Source: the human T2T-CHM13v2.0 reference genome, Homo sapiens
Reading direction: 5' to 3' (one strand)
Length of the DNA stretch: 64,000 nucleotides
Assembly (NCBI RefSeq): GCF_009914755.1
Contig: NC_060930.1
Shown here piece by piece: positions 27,046 through 40,718 of this stretch. Position numbers and translations under genes: made by a program. The notes under the pieces were generated by a model. The model had not been told where the DNA came from. It saw nothing but the letters and a program-made list of their open reading frames with translations, and did not search any database. Numbering within the stretch: position 1 is the stretch's first letter; every line of letters starts with the position of its first letter.

Positions 27046-29862
27046 GTAAGTGTTCTGTGTGGGGGGTTGGCTTTGTCTTTTGTTATAAGATGTTTTAGAT
27101 AAAAACTTTGGTAGATACTTAACTTGTGAAGTCCTGTAATTAGTAAAATCATAGGAATAAGCAAAATAATTGGCTGTGCATCTTTGTAAATCAGCATTCT
27201 TCCAGGTTTGTCCTTTAATCTGCATAAAACAATTTATCTTTAGTTATGAATGACTTAATATTTTGAGTATGTATTTGGAGAAAGAAAGTAGATACAACAC
27301 ATTAAAGTAGTATTATATTCAGAAGAAAAGATACTTCATTCTCTGATAGTATGCCCTTTTTTAAAAAAATTGAAGATTAATGTTTTTGTGGGGTAGATTA
27401 GAAGTAGTCTTTTCAGAGGAACATCCTATCTCAATATAGGCCAAGTAAAGATAAATAATTTCATGAATAAAATCAGATTTTAATTAGAGTAATAAAAGTC
27501 AAATGCCTCTTAAAAAGTAAGCAAATGTTTAGGGAGATGGGATCAGCTTGTTATGTCCAGCCATGATAAAGTGAAGTGGAGTTCAGGAAAGGAGCCAGAA
27601 GAGCTCGTCTCTGTTTCTTACTTCAGCATTAACTTCACCCTCAGACCAAAACAATGCCTGTTCTACTTAACTTCATAAAATTGTTTGGAATTTCTATTAG
27701 GAATAAGAATAGTTATAACAGCAAGACATTAAATGTACATGATGTTTTACAGGGTAACCCTGTTCTCATATTATTTAACATTTGTGGGAAGTATACATTG
27801 TTATCACTTTTACTGATGAGGCAGAGAGGCTCATAAAGATTAAATGAATTATTAATTACTGGCAGTGGCAGAATGACTTCTTAGTTCTAAGCTGTAGGAG
27901 TCTTAAGTTTATGCTCTTTTTAAAAAAATTACATTCTCAACTATCTCTAATAAGATAGTGTATAATAAAATAAATTATAAAATAACATGAAAAACCACAA
28001 ATGTGGTATTTCTATAGAATAGAAATTTTAACATTTAGTTCACTGTTAAGATTATAGAATCATGTAGCATTTTAGAAAATTTTATAAATGCAAGACCTGT
28101 GCTAACCATATTTTCAAGTGCATTTTCTTATTATATTTGGTAGTAATGTAAGTCATAAAGCAATCAGTATTTTAGAACTAGAAGTATTTTTTAAAATAAA
28201 ATCTAGACAAGTAATCAAATACATTTACAATTAAGTACAATATTACTTTTATAAATCAGATTGCTCAGAATTGAAAAAAAATATTGGTTCGACTGCATGA
28301 AAATTTAATTATCACATATGGCTGGTGGGAATGTAAAATGTCTCAGCCTTTCCAAAGAGCAGTTTGGCAATAGGTTAACAAAATCGTAGAATGTTGTTTA
28401 TCCTTTCATTTAAGAATGTTAAGGGAATAGCCAAAAGGAATATGCAAAAATAAAAACTCCAAGGAAAATATATCAGTGCTGTTTATAGTACTTAACATTG
28501 GAAGCAACCACAGTAGCTGATGGGTAAAATGCATTACTCTTTATCTACATGATGTTAAAATTAAATATTTTAGAAGACTATTTAATACCAACAATTGAAA
28601 AATTCAGGTTTACATTATGTTATGATATCTGCTGTTGTTTTTTTTTTTACAAGCATACATATATAAGCAATTCTGGAAAGAATCATACCAAAGTAATGAC
28701 AGTGCTTCTTTCAGGGTGCTGAAAGTATAAATGGTTAGGTTTTTTACTTGTTTAGTTTCTGGAATATATATTACTTTTATAATTAAAAATGTAGATCAAC
28801 TCTCTTATTTTACATATGAGAAATTTTTGGCCCAGAGAGGTCAAGTATGCTCAAGTGGGTGGTTCAGTTAGTTAACAGGAAAAGTGTAGACTAGAATCCA
28901 CCTCTTACTTCTAGCTGGATTCTCTAATACAACATCCTGGTCAGTCCATAACACCCCAGAAATACTGGCTGTGAGGGGTACAGTTGACAATTATCTTTTG
29001 GTAATTACTGGAATTAATTTCATAGCTGAAGATGAACCATGGAACAAATATCTGAGTATTTATGAGGTCTTTAAAAGGCTTGTATACAGGGGTCAGTGAC
29101 TAAGTTTCAGAATTCATCAGAAGCTTCTGAGAATATAAAAAGCCTGCAACAGTAGGAGTTTATCTAATAAGTGGGAGATTAGACAGCAGGAAAACTCATC
29201 TTTCTTTTTTAAGAAGGAAGAAGAGGAGGAAAATGTAGACCAAGTTATTAGTGTAGCTTAATATTTTAAGTTTTTCAGGGATAAAATCAACTCAAGTAAA
29301 ATCATCTTTTAAGATTACATATTTCACACCTTGAGCTATTATAGTAAAACATTTTAAATTGTTCTATATTTGATCAGATGACATTGAAGAAAAATGGCCT
29401 AGAATGGTTTTGCTCTCATTTATGTTTTTAGTAATAGAAGATTATTCCTGCCTCATTCCTTCCCACTCCCCAGCCTGGCTCCCCAGAGGCAAAAACTGTC
29501 AGCTCTTTTAGCTCTTGCTTAGGACCTTTTTATCTGTAATTTTCTAAAATATTACCTATATTCTACTCTTTCTCAGTTCATCAATTTTAAATATGGTTTA
29601 TTTTCTTCATGTTGTGGTAATTCAAGATTTAGATCTTGCCCTTCTTCCCTTCCCCTTATCTTTTCAGTAGTTATTTTACATTGTTTTGTTCTCATTCACT
29701 GTTGAGCAAAGTAGTCTTCTCCTTGTGACTATTTTTTTGGGAGTCAGTAATTTGTTCATAGTTTAGTTTTTTTGTCTTCTTAGATTTTTACAAGTGCAAC
29801 AGTGGATCTGACATGCCTTTGAGTCAAAAGCTCAAGTATATTTTTCAGTACTCTATCTTTTT

Positions 29863-30697
29863 ATTATTATTATTATTATACTTTAAGTTCTAGGATATAT
29901 GTGTACAACGTGCAGGTTTGTCACATATGTATACATGTGCCGTGTTGGTTTACTGCAGCCATTAACTCGTCATTTACATTAGGTATTTCTCCTAATGCTA
30001 TCCCTCCCCCTGCCCCCCACCCCATGACAGGCCCCAGTGTGTGATGTTCCCCGCCCTGTGTCCAAGTTTTCTCATTGTTCAGTTCCCGCCTATGAGTTAG
30101 AACATGCAGTGTTTGATTTTCTGTCTTCGTGATAGTTTGCTGAGAATGATGGTTTCCAGCTTCATCCATGTCCCTGCAGAAGACATGAACTCATCCTTTT
30201 TTATGGCTGCATAGTATTCCATGGTGTATATGTGCCACATTTTCTTAATCCAGTCTATCATTGATGGACATTTGGGTTGGTTCCAGGTCTTTGCTATTGT
30301 GAATAGTGCCGCAATAAACATACATGTGCATGTGTCTTTATAGTAGCATAATTTATAATCCTTTGGGTATATATCCAGTAATGAGATCACTGGGTCAAAT
30401 GGTATTTCTAGTTCTAGATCCTTGAGGAATCGCCACACTGTCTTCCACAATGGTTGAACTAGTTTACACTCCCACCAAAAGTGTAAAGTGTTCCTGTTTC
30501 TCCACATCCTCTCCAGCATCTGTTGTTTCCTGACTTTTTAATAATTGCCATTCTAGCTGGCATGAGATGGTATCTCATTGTGGTTTTGATACACATTTCT
30601 CTGATGACCAGTGATGATGAGTATTTTTCACAGCAAAAAAAAAAAAACTACCATCAGAGTGAATAGGCAACCTACAGAATGGGAGAAAAATTTTACA
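29863..30697 (-). mobile_element. 5'-truncated L1PA with a short inverted 5' segment (~30629-30697 on + strand)
   Basis: Antisense L1PA 3'UTR and ORF2 end (ORFs 29921..30169, 30097..30519), then sense ORF2 piece [14 protein letters not shown]; TSD core actctatcttttt at 29850-29862 and 30703-30715. Confidence 0.92.
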
Positions 30698-31370
30698 TCA
30701 ACACTCTATCTTTTTCTTTTTTTCTCGAACTCTTTCTCATACTCAGCAGCCACCTATTCCACTGTGGGTGGAAATACTCTAAGCCTGGTACAAAGCTTTC
30801 ATCCTGACACTTCTCTTTGCTGACAGACTAGATTGTATTTCATTTTCCTGGATCACATACTTTGCTTTTCTTGGGGTATTCTCTTATCTTGCTGACACAC
30901 GTCTTTTCATATTTTCTATGGGGTTTTGATTCTAAGATTAATTTATTTCTAAGCTTAAGAAAGACTCATTGCAAAGAACATTATTTTAAGCACATATATA
31001 TATATATACTTTTACTAACTGCATTCTATTTCATTATATGAATATACCATAATTTATTAACCAGTCTCCTGATGATGGGCACTGTGGTAACTTCTAGTTG
31101 TTTTCTAATACAAACAATGAGTTATTGAGATTATCAAGTCAAAATTAATGTCGTTTAAGTGCTCGACTGTTATTACCAAATAGCTTTCCAGGAATATCTC
31201 AGTAGTTAACACTCTTGTCAGTGGTCTATGAGAACACCCATTTATTCTCATTCTTAACCAGCTGTAGGAATTACCAAAATGTGAACATTTTTAACAGGCC
31301 AATAGGAGAAGAATTGTATCTTGTGATTTTAATTTGTAGTTTTTAAATTATAAGTGAAAGCAATTGTCTT

Positions 31371-31682
31371 TTTTCTTCTTCTTCTTTTTTCTTTTCTTTT
31401 TCTTTTTTTGAGACAAGGTCTCACTCTGTCGCCTAGGCTGGAGTGCAGTGATATGGTCTTGGCTCACTGTAGCCTCAACCTCCCAGGCTCAGGTGATCCT
31501 CCCACCTCAGCATAACTGAGTAGCTGGGACTACACTTAGCTTTTATTTTTATTTTATTTTTTTTGTAGAGATGGGGTTTGCCATGTTGTCCAGGCTGATC
31601 TTGAACTCCTGGGATCTAGTGATCCTCCCTCCTTGGCCTCCCAAAGTGCTGGGATTACAGGCATGAACCACTGAGCCTGGCC
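31371..31682 (-). mobile_element. AluJ with a small internal deletion, nested in an old L1M (~30950-32100)
   Basis: Antisense Alu lacking the aggcgcgcgccaccacgcccgg segment after gggactaca. Confidence 0.88.
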
Positions 31683-32369
31683 TCAAATTTATTGTCTTTT
31701 CATATATTTACTAAACATTTATATTTATGTTTTGGATAATGAGCTATTTGCCTCCATTTTTCATCTTTCTGTAGGGTTTCATCTTTTTGTGCTGATACAT
31801 CATATTTTTATAAATTGAGGAAGAGAGTTCTTGACACAGGTGTTGCAAATGTATTTTGGGGGGTTTCTTGTAGGTCTTTCATTTTATTTTATAATACTTG
31901 CCATTCTGAAGCTTTAAATTTTCATGTAATCAAATTGATCAGTCTTTTACTGCTTTTGAGTTTGGTGTTTTGCTTACAAAGGCTGATCCACTCTGTGATT
32001 ACAAATAAGTTCATTCACACATTCTTCTCGAATGTTTATTGTTCAATTTTTAGTGTTTGACTTTTTTATCCCTCTGGCATCTGTTGTCTTGTAAGGAATG
32101 AGAGGTTCATAGACTTCTAAAAAGAAATCTAACTGGCAGACTTGTTTTTTTAATATCCTGTGATCAGTTGATATAACTGGCAAAGTTGATTTAAAAATAA
32201 AATATCTAAAGCATTTCAGTATATCCCTTCATCCTAAAAGGTAAAAAATATATAATAACCTAAAAAAAACATGGTCGATTCCTAGTGACCATCACTAGAA
32301 GACCAACTGCCCTTTCACACAATGGCCATAGAGATGGTAGCAGTGACTGCTTTATAATAAGACATATCT

Positions 32370-32945
32370 TTTCACACTAGCTAAGATATGGAAGGAACCT
32401 AAGTACCCACCAGTTGGAGGAATGGATAAAGAGAAGTGGTATATATACACAACGGGATATTATTCAGCCATAAAAAAAGAATTAAATACTGTCATTTGCA
32501 ACATCATGGATGAACCTGGAGGACATTATGTTAAATGAAATAAGCCAGGCACAGAAAGACAAATATTGCTTGTTCTCACTCATATGTGGGAGCTAAAAAA
32601 AATTGAACTCATGAGGACAAGAGGGTACAATAAGGGTTGCCAGAGCCTGAGAAGCATAGCAGGGAGTAGGGCATAAAGTGGGGGTGATTAACAGGCGCAA
32701 AAATAGAGTTAGATAGAATCAGTAAGATCTAGTATCTGGTAGCACATTAGGGTGACTACAGTTAACAATAATTTATATATTTTTAAATAACTAGTAGAAT
32801 TGGAATATTCATAAAACAAAGAAATGACGAAAGCTGGAGGTGATGGATACCCCAGTTACCCTGATTTGATCATTATACATTATATGCCTATATCAAAATG
32901 TCACATGTACTTCAGAAATGTATACCCATAATAATTAAAAATAAA
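32370..32945 (+). mobile_element. L1MA 3' end
   Basis: atggatgaacctggaggacattatgttaaatgaaataagccaggcacagaaagac...ggtgatggataccccagttaccctgatttgatcatta...aattaaaaataaa. Confidence 0.88.
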
Positions 32946-33540
32946 ACAATAATAGAACACATATTTGAGAAATACTGTAGTTATTTGCAAGGAAAAAATG
33001 ATATCTAAAAACACACTGGGTGGAGGGATATTTCGTAAATTGAATGTGTGTCTAGCAGGCTTTTTTTTAAATCATTTTCAACACAATTGCAGAAGGCTTG
33101 ACATTACTTGAAAGGTCCTCCTTTCCTCTCCTTCCTCTCTACCCTCCCCTCTCATCTTCCCTCCCTCCCTTCCCTGAATTTTTAACTCCTTCTGCATATT
33201 TATTGGGTGCTTGATGTTGATCATATGAAGATGTTATAACAGTTCCTGTTCTCATGTTGCTCATGGTGTTGAGAAATACACATAATATGTCTGTAGAACT
33301 GTTGGCCAAAAAGTGCTTTTGGCAGGGCCTTTATGTCTGGTTATATAATACATTGAAGGTGGTTCAAAGATGTCTTTTTTTTCACATTATGAGTGAAGTA
33401 TTTTGAATAATTGAACTGATTTATTGGGTTTTAAATCTACTGTATGTGTTAGAATGAAAATGGTTATGCTGTGGGCAGAACTTTGACTGTAGGAACTTTT
33501 ATGACTTAATTTGTACTGTTAATGTCCTTGTGTCATCCAG

Positions 33541-33655
33541 GTTCACTTTGATGGCTGGAACAATTGCTATGATTACTGGATAGATGCAGATTCTCCTGAT
33601 ATTCACCCTGTAGGCTGGTGTTCAAAAACAGGACATCCCCTTCAGCCTCCTTTGA
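33541..33655 (+). CDS. L3MBTL3: L3MBTL3 exon H (115 nt, phase 0/1), MBT3 end: VHFDGWNNCYDYWIDADSPDIHPVGWCSKTGHPLQPPL-S
   Basis: Acceptor atccag| and donor TGA|gtaaga. Contains the HFDGW..YDYW and IHPVGWC motifs. Confidence 0.96.
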
Positions 33656-35060
33656 GTAAGAGACACGAATAGCTTGTATAAATGTTTCCATTTCCATATG
33701 TAGCATTCTTAAGATTTCATCCTTAGCCCTTTCTTTTTCTCCTCCTCTCTCTACTGATGTTTCTTCTCTATGTAATCCCTTCCTTTTACTACATTTTAAT
33801 TACCACGGTCACAGAAATATAAATGGAAAAAAAACTTAATGCCTGAAAAAGTAAAGCGTGTATAGACATTCTGTTTTATTTAGAAATAAATATCACCTCT
33901 TACAATTAGTGTTGAATTTTTGGAAGACAATTTGTGAGACTTTCAAAATTTATTGTTTCAATATTAGTATTCTGATAGTAATTTTATATGATAGCTTTGC
34001 AAAACGTTAACATTGGGAGAAACTGGGCAAAGTGTGAAGGAGAGCTCCTTATGTATTATTATTTACAACTGCTTGTGAATCTATAATTATCTTAATAAAA
34101 ATCTCAGTTAAATTCAAATTTTAGAAAAGGTACGTGGAGAACTTAACATACCACGGCCTTAATTTTGGAGTAAAATGTATACATTATACAAAACAAATGT
34201 AGGAAATACAATAAATTATTATCAAGTTTTTAAAAAATTTAGTGTACTTCTGTATCCAGTGACTTCACTTCTGGATGCTACATACAAACTGCATAAGGGC
34301 ACATGTACATGGCATTCAGTGTAGCCTATTTAGAATAACAAAGCTTGGGGAAAAATATTGGTTAAATAAATTTTGGTGCACTATGCTGTAGAAACTATGC
34401 AGTAGTCACAAAGAATATTAGTATTGCAACAGAAAAATTTGTAAGACAAGAAGTTAAAAACCAAAGAAGGATATTGGGCCTTTATGTGGCAAAATAAAAC
34501 ATCTGTGTTGTGCCTTTTATGTGGCAAAATCAAACAAAACCGAATGTGCCTGAATGCTTAGAACAATTTCCAGGAGAGCCCACACTAACATCAGTGGTCA
34601 GAATGAGGGAGGGTCTGCAATGTAGAAAGAAGAGCATGGAGGGATCTGGAACTGTCATTCTGGATTCTTCTATAGTACTTGAAGTGTTCACAGTATGTGA
34701 GTATTCATGCTTTAATTATGTTATTTACTTAATAAAAGTTGTTTGACTCTTCTTGTTAATTCGTATTTAGATATCTCTGGACTTTATGACGTTTTGAAAG
34801 ATTGTTACGTCAAAGTTTATCATTTCATTGTTGAAGAAAGATAACTAGTGTGAATAGTCATAAGGAAAAACCTTTAAACGTAGCGTCTTTTAAAATATTT
34901 TTCATTTTTATAGGATCTACTTTTTCTGTTTATGTATGTTGGTTAAAAAATTGGATTTTTAGGGAGTCTTTTTCTTCCTTATTCTGATCCAGACATTTGA
35001 CTCTTCACAGATTTTTGCTTAATATTTTGCCCCTTCTTTCTTTTCTTTGCTCTTTCATAG

Positions 35061-35163
35061 GCCCCTTAGAATTAATGGAAGCTTCAGAACATGGTGGATG
35101 CTCAACCCCGGGATGTAAAGGGATTGGCCATTTCAAGAGAGCGAGACATCTGGGCCCTCACAG
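35061..35163 (+). CDS. L3MBTL3: L3MBTL3 exon I (103 nt, phase 1/2), first part of CCHHC-type zinc finger: SPLELMEASEHGGCSTPGCKGIGHFKRARHLGPH-S
   Basis: Long pyrimidine tract with catag| acceptor and donor CAG|gtatgt. CxTPGCxGxGH is the MYT1/L3MBTL finger signature. ORF 34997..35224 is a read-through of this exon. Confidence 0.95.
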
Positions 35164-35751
35164 GTATGTGGTAGCTGTCACTCACTTGGTCAGATATAGG
35201 TGTTCCATATACATGTATATATAATGAATTTCATATATACTAAATTGATGTGAACTAATTTTAAATTCAGATCCATAAGAAATGTGGTTACCATGGTGAT
35301 CATGTAAAAATGAAGGGAATATCTATAGTAAAATCTTCCTGGGAGAAAATGCATTCACAGTTTAAAATGGATTTACTCTAGCTTTTTGGCTTTTCTTGGC
35401 AACCTGACTAGATTTACAAATAGTTAGTTTCTGCAGTAGTTATTTTGCATTGATCATTAATAATGAGAAGAGGGGAGACTCCGTTGATATCATTTGGTAG
35501 AATATTATCTGATTGGGTGACTTGATAATTTGAATAATGAGAGATGAGATGATTGTAGATTAACAGCAAAGATCACAAAATGCACAATATAAATAGTCAA
35601 ACATGAGAGTGCATTGGTCCAAAATGCATTTTAAAATATTTTTCTCTTACCCCTAAGTAACTTTAAAAAAAAACCAAATTTATGCATTTGAAATGTGATG
35701 TATTTGGTGATTTAGGGATCTTTGTAGAGAGTTAAAAATACTACTAAAGTA

Positions 35752-35845
35752 CAGCTACTTGGGAGGCTAAGGTGGGAGGATCACTTGAGGCCAGGAGTTC
35801 GAGATCAGCCTGGACAACATAGCAAGATCCTGTCTTTTAAAAAAA
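35752..35845 (+). mobile_element. 5'-truncated free Alu monomer (FLAM_A-like) with its own TSD
   Basis: cagctacttgggaggctaaggtgggaggatcacttgagg...; flanked by aaaaatactactaaagtac (35734-35752) and aaaaatattactgaagtac (35841-35859). Confidence 0.85.
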
Positions 35846-36421
35846 TATTACTGAAGTACTAAGAAATTCCTGTGATTCAACTGGCATTTTTAAGGAATAA
35901 ATGTATCACCTATTTAGGTATGTTTTAAAATAATAATTTGTCGGTATAATGTTCTAACTACATAGTAACTGGATTGCCCACTAAGCAAAATGATTCCTTG
36001 TTTATCTAGTTTGTACAGGTTGTGAATCTAGGTCTTTAAAAATTTTGAAGATTACTGTACCTGTTCCTCCAAGTATTAATAGGAATTGCAAAATTGTTGT
36101 AATTATTTTCATGTGGATATAGTTTTCTCTTTTTTTCATCTCTGCAACCTCAAATCTTCCTTTTTCGAACAACTCTCCTTAATGTTCTATGAGGTTCAGT
36201 ATGTTCCAGAGTGAGAAGTCTGAGCATAGACAGGATGATGATGATTCCGTTTGCAAATCCTTTTTGTTGCTTGTCTGACTGCAAACCAAAATTTATATGA
36301 TACATCTTGGAAGTTATTAAATATTGCCTAGTGAAGGCAGCTGGATTTTCAGCCATTATGTAAATCTAGATGCCAGAAATAATTCATGAACGTACTAAAT
36401 TTCCATTATTGTTTTACTTGT

Positions 36422-36756
36422 TTTGTGTTGCTATAATAGAATACCACAGACTGGGTAATTTGTAAAGAAAAGAAATTTATTTCTCACTTTCTGGAGGCTG
36501 GAAAGTCTGAGATCCAGGGGCCAGCATATGGCGAGGGCTTTCTTGCTGCGGAAGGTAGAGGGCAAGAGAGCATGTGTGAGAGAGCTAGAGAGGGCCAAAC
36601 CTGCTTTTATAACAACCGCTCCCATGATAACAAACCCACTTCTGCGATAATGTCATTAATCCATCCAGGAGGGCAGAGCCTGATCACCTCTGTATTGTCA
36701 CAGTGGCAATCAGATTTCAACATGAGTTTTGGAGGGGGTATTCAAACTGCAGCAAT
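36422..36756 (-). mobile_element. ERVL-MaLR solo LTR (MST/MLT1A type)
   Basis: gttgctataatagaataccacagactgggtaattt...ctggaggctggaaagtc...tttcaacatgagttttggagggg. Confidence 0.85.
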
Positions 36757-38581
36757 ATGTTTAGAAACTCAGTAAATATTTTCGAGCAGCATTTTTTCAA
36801 CAAGAACTAATATTTATTGAACATTTATTTACTCTGTGCAGGATATTGCTCTAATTGCTTTACATATCTTGGATACCCTTTGTAACAGCCCTATGATATA
36901 AGAACTGTTTTTTTCCCCACGTTTTGGTGAGGCCACGGGGGGTACTGGGGAGGTTAGTAACTTGCCTTACTTCCCAACTGGGGAGAAGGGAACTCTGCTC
37001 TGGACCACTCCCCTCTAATGGCCTCTCAAGACACTACTCCATAAATTAGTCACAGACCCAACCTTCAAAGAATTCACAGGCTGATGGAGCTATAAAAGCT
37101 GGACATAATTTAATTAAAACATAAGATACCAAATAATATCAGAACTTTGGCACACATCCCTTTCTGCTGTACAAAGTGTTCATTGGAGCAAAGAGAATTT
37201 GTTCAAGTTGTGAAGAAAAAGAACAAAGAAAATTTTAAAATGAGTAAATACTAACAGTATGTTGTTGAGGTGCAATTGGAGGTGAAACAAAACTTTTTTT
37301 GGTCTTCTGGAAGGAAGACACACCTTATGGCAGTGTCCATGGTCTCCTTAGGACTGCTTTACGTTTGAGTGGAGAGGTTTGCCTTTCACAGCAAGGCCCG
37401 TGGTGACAGTTGTGTCCCCTCCCTGATGGCCCAGCCATTCATCAGGACTGCCTTTCCCCAAGTGTGCAGGTGGACCTCCGAGGGTTCCTCAGCTGGGCCA
37501 CACCCATTTCACCAAGTTTCAGTGGTTATATTTAGAGCATTTCTTCATAGATGCAGTGTTGTGCTTGTTAAGAGGATTAGTGGAAGACTTTATAGAGGAA
37601 TGTGGTAAGGAACCCTTTCCAGTGGAATTAGAATCATAATAGAGAATTACTCATTTTCTTGGAAGGAGAGGCAGAAGTACACCTGATGGTTTAAAGGACA
37701 AGCATTGATAAAGAACCCGTATTCATTTTCTTATCACATATAGAGAGCATAACTAGCAGATTTTGTGCCTTGGGCAGAGTTGTTGGTTGACTCGAGCCCC
37801 TGGACCAAGGGATGCAATTCACGGAACTCCTGGAGGTCCCAGTTTCTGCCCAAGTGCTAACATCCCTTCTCCTCAGTCTTCGAACTGGATTTTCTTAGAC
37901 TCCCTGACTATGCTGTCCTATTTACAGCACTTAAAGCTCTTTTTCTGGCCGGGTATTAATCCTTAATAGGCACAGCCTGTTTTCCATTTCATTAGTAGAC
38001 TTGTGGAGGAGCTTACTGTGTCGTGGATATTCTTTGAAAGGTTTATTTCACTGGCTCTTACTTTTGTTCTTACTAAGAATGCTGTGTTTAGGAAAACATA
38101 ATGAGAAAATTCTCTTTGGATTAATTACTGAGAAACTGCATGTATCAAAACATGCACTCTTTGCATAGATAACAAAGAAAGTTGCTATTTTAGCAAAAAT
38201 AATCAATTTAATGAACACATAAGCAAGAGACTTTGTTTTGACTAGCGTTTGTTGTTACCTTCTCTGAAGATTACAGTGTTTGAATTTGATCTAAGAAGTG
38301 TTAAAACAAAACGTGTCTAAACAATGAAGCTTGATAATTTAACGTTTTTTAAAATGGTGAAATATAAATGATCAGTGAAAGAGTTGGAGATGGGTATGGT
38401 TTTCTCATCTGTAGGGGTATTCAGGAGCCAGATTGCTTAATTCCAACTCTCTAGCAAGGGAACATTAATATTGGTTGTGTCACAGTGTTTCCCTTTGTCA
38501 CTTCATTTATTTGGCCTACCGAGAGAGGGTAAGGAATGGGAAGAGATTAAAGGAAATAAAGTTATATAAAAGTAGACATTT

Positions 38582-38874
<293 letters not shown>

Positions 38875-39364
38875 GTAAACATTCTGCACATCAAGTGCCT
38901 TCAGAACTGAATCTTTTCTTTGTAAGATTTGGTCTTGGAGAAATTAAACAAGAAAAGAGAAAGGAATGTTTTCAGAAACACCTAAAGGATATTAATGAAG
39001 TCCATGGAATGTTTTCAACATTAGTAACTCTTGGTATGCCCCTGCAAGCTGTAAACATCATATTAATTCACCATGCATCTATCCGTGAACAAACCTTTGT
39101 TAAGTGCCTTCTTTATGTCACCTGCTGGGTTAGGTGAGGGACTGTATAGAGGAGAGGGTCCCTCCTTCTAAAGAGGCCAGTCTGGTGTAAACAGATTCTC
39201 ATAGAGGCAGGAGTGGAGTGGCGCTCAGAGAGAAGCGTCAGCTTTTTATGAGGGAAGCAGAGCATTCATAATGAGGTATGTTACGGAGATTTTATTGCTG
39301 TTTACTTTTTGCTGATGTTCTTTTTACACAATAGGGGTTAAATGTCACTCTTCTTTTTAAATAA

Positions 39365-39600
39365 TAATAATCGGTGGGATTTATTGATGACTTCCTATGT
39401 TCCAGGCACTGCTTCAAGGACTTAATGTGTGACCTCATTTGGTCCTCACAGGAGCTCTGTGAATGTTAGGCACTTTTCTAGTTCTTGTTTTATAGATGAG
39501 GAGACAGAGAATTGAAATGCTTAAGGAAGCACCTGAGATTGTACATTGGCGGAATCAGAATTCAACCCAGGCTTGTAAGGCACTGAAGTCCCTGCTCTTA
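39365..39600 (-). mobile_element. MIR
   Basis: ctatgttccaggcact...ttttatagatgaggagacagag...aattcaacccagg. Confidence 0.75.
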
Positions 39601-40554
39601 ACTGCTGGGCATTCATGCAATGCACAGTGGCCTGATAGAGCCTGCCTCGTGTGTTTTTCTTTTTTTTTTTTTTTTTTTTTAACTGTTTTTTGTCAGGACA
39701 GAGTGCGAAAATGATTGTGCGAGAACTTAGAAAACTGGAGATGTTGCCTAATTGTTAAAAATATACAATTATTGTATATTGTATATTTTATTGTATAAAA
39801 ATATACAATAAAAATTACAATTAAAAGGGTTTTTAAGGTGGCATTGGAGAACAGTGAATAAGGCATCCTTCTACCACACCTAATGAGCTGGACCAGCCTT
39901 CCCTAGAAAAAAACATTCTTAGAGGAGCCAGTGGGGCAAGTATTTGCATATTTAGCTGATATGTGAAATAATATGCTAATAGTGTAGGATGCACCTCAAT
40001 AAAGTACTTAGAGTAGAGAACAGTATCATCCTATGGGACTCTGTTCTTCTGCTTGCTGAGGAGTTGCATAATAGTAAAGAGTTGTACATATACATGTGCA
40101 CGTGTCTAACCATGACAGAACATACACACGTTATGTGGTAAGCCACACCTTATTAAAGTTTTGTCACTAGAAACTTAGTACGTGAGAAATTAGAAGTCTA
40201 TAAGCCTAGTGAGAACCAACTTTTTCCATAGATGTTTAATTAGCACTGGTGAGTTTTTTAAAGTTCATATGCAGTTTTAGAAGTTAACAATTTTGTATCT
40301 GTACATAACAGAACAAATATGGAACAGAAAAAGCAACATTTCTAACATGATGCAGATCACATATGTCACTTGTGTTCTTTGAAGTGACACAGGAGTCGTT
40401 CCAACTCCTCAAAAACATAATTGCTTGTGAATTTTACCCTAATTTTTATTCCAAGGGCTGGTTAATGGGAATAGATGAAATAGTGAAATACTTGACCCAC
40501 GTTCTATAGGTTGGCTTTTGTTTTTAAAGCCATCAGATAAGATTATTTACAAAG

Positions 40555-40718
40555 CTCTGTGACCTTGAGCCAATACTTAACTTCTTTGTGCCGGTGTCCT
40601 CATTTATAAAATAAATTGGTGACAATAGTATCTGCTTAATAAGAATAGTGTGATAAGTAAAGGAGTTAATTTTGGAACAGTGCCTGACACTTCCTAAGCA
40701 CACAATCCATGTTAGTTC
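40555..40718 (+). mobile_element. MIR
   Basis: ctgtgaccttgagccaatacttaac...aacagtgcctgacac. Confidence 0.75.

Noticed and set aside
26884-27225. Antisense ORFs overlapping exons (also 470..823, 11849..12034, 19362..19550)
   Set aside because: No recognisable domain; length is consistent with chance or antisense shadows of coding sequence.
34997-35224. 75-aa ORF as a stand-alone zinc-finger microprotein
   Set aside because: It is exon I plus intronic read-through, begins at a TTG, and has strong splice sites inside it.
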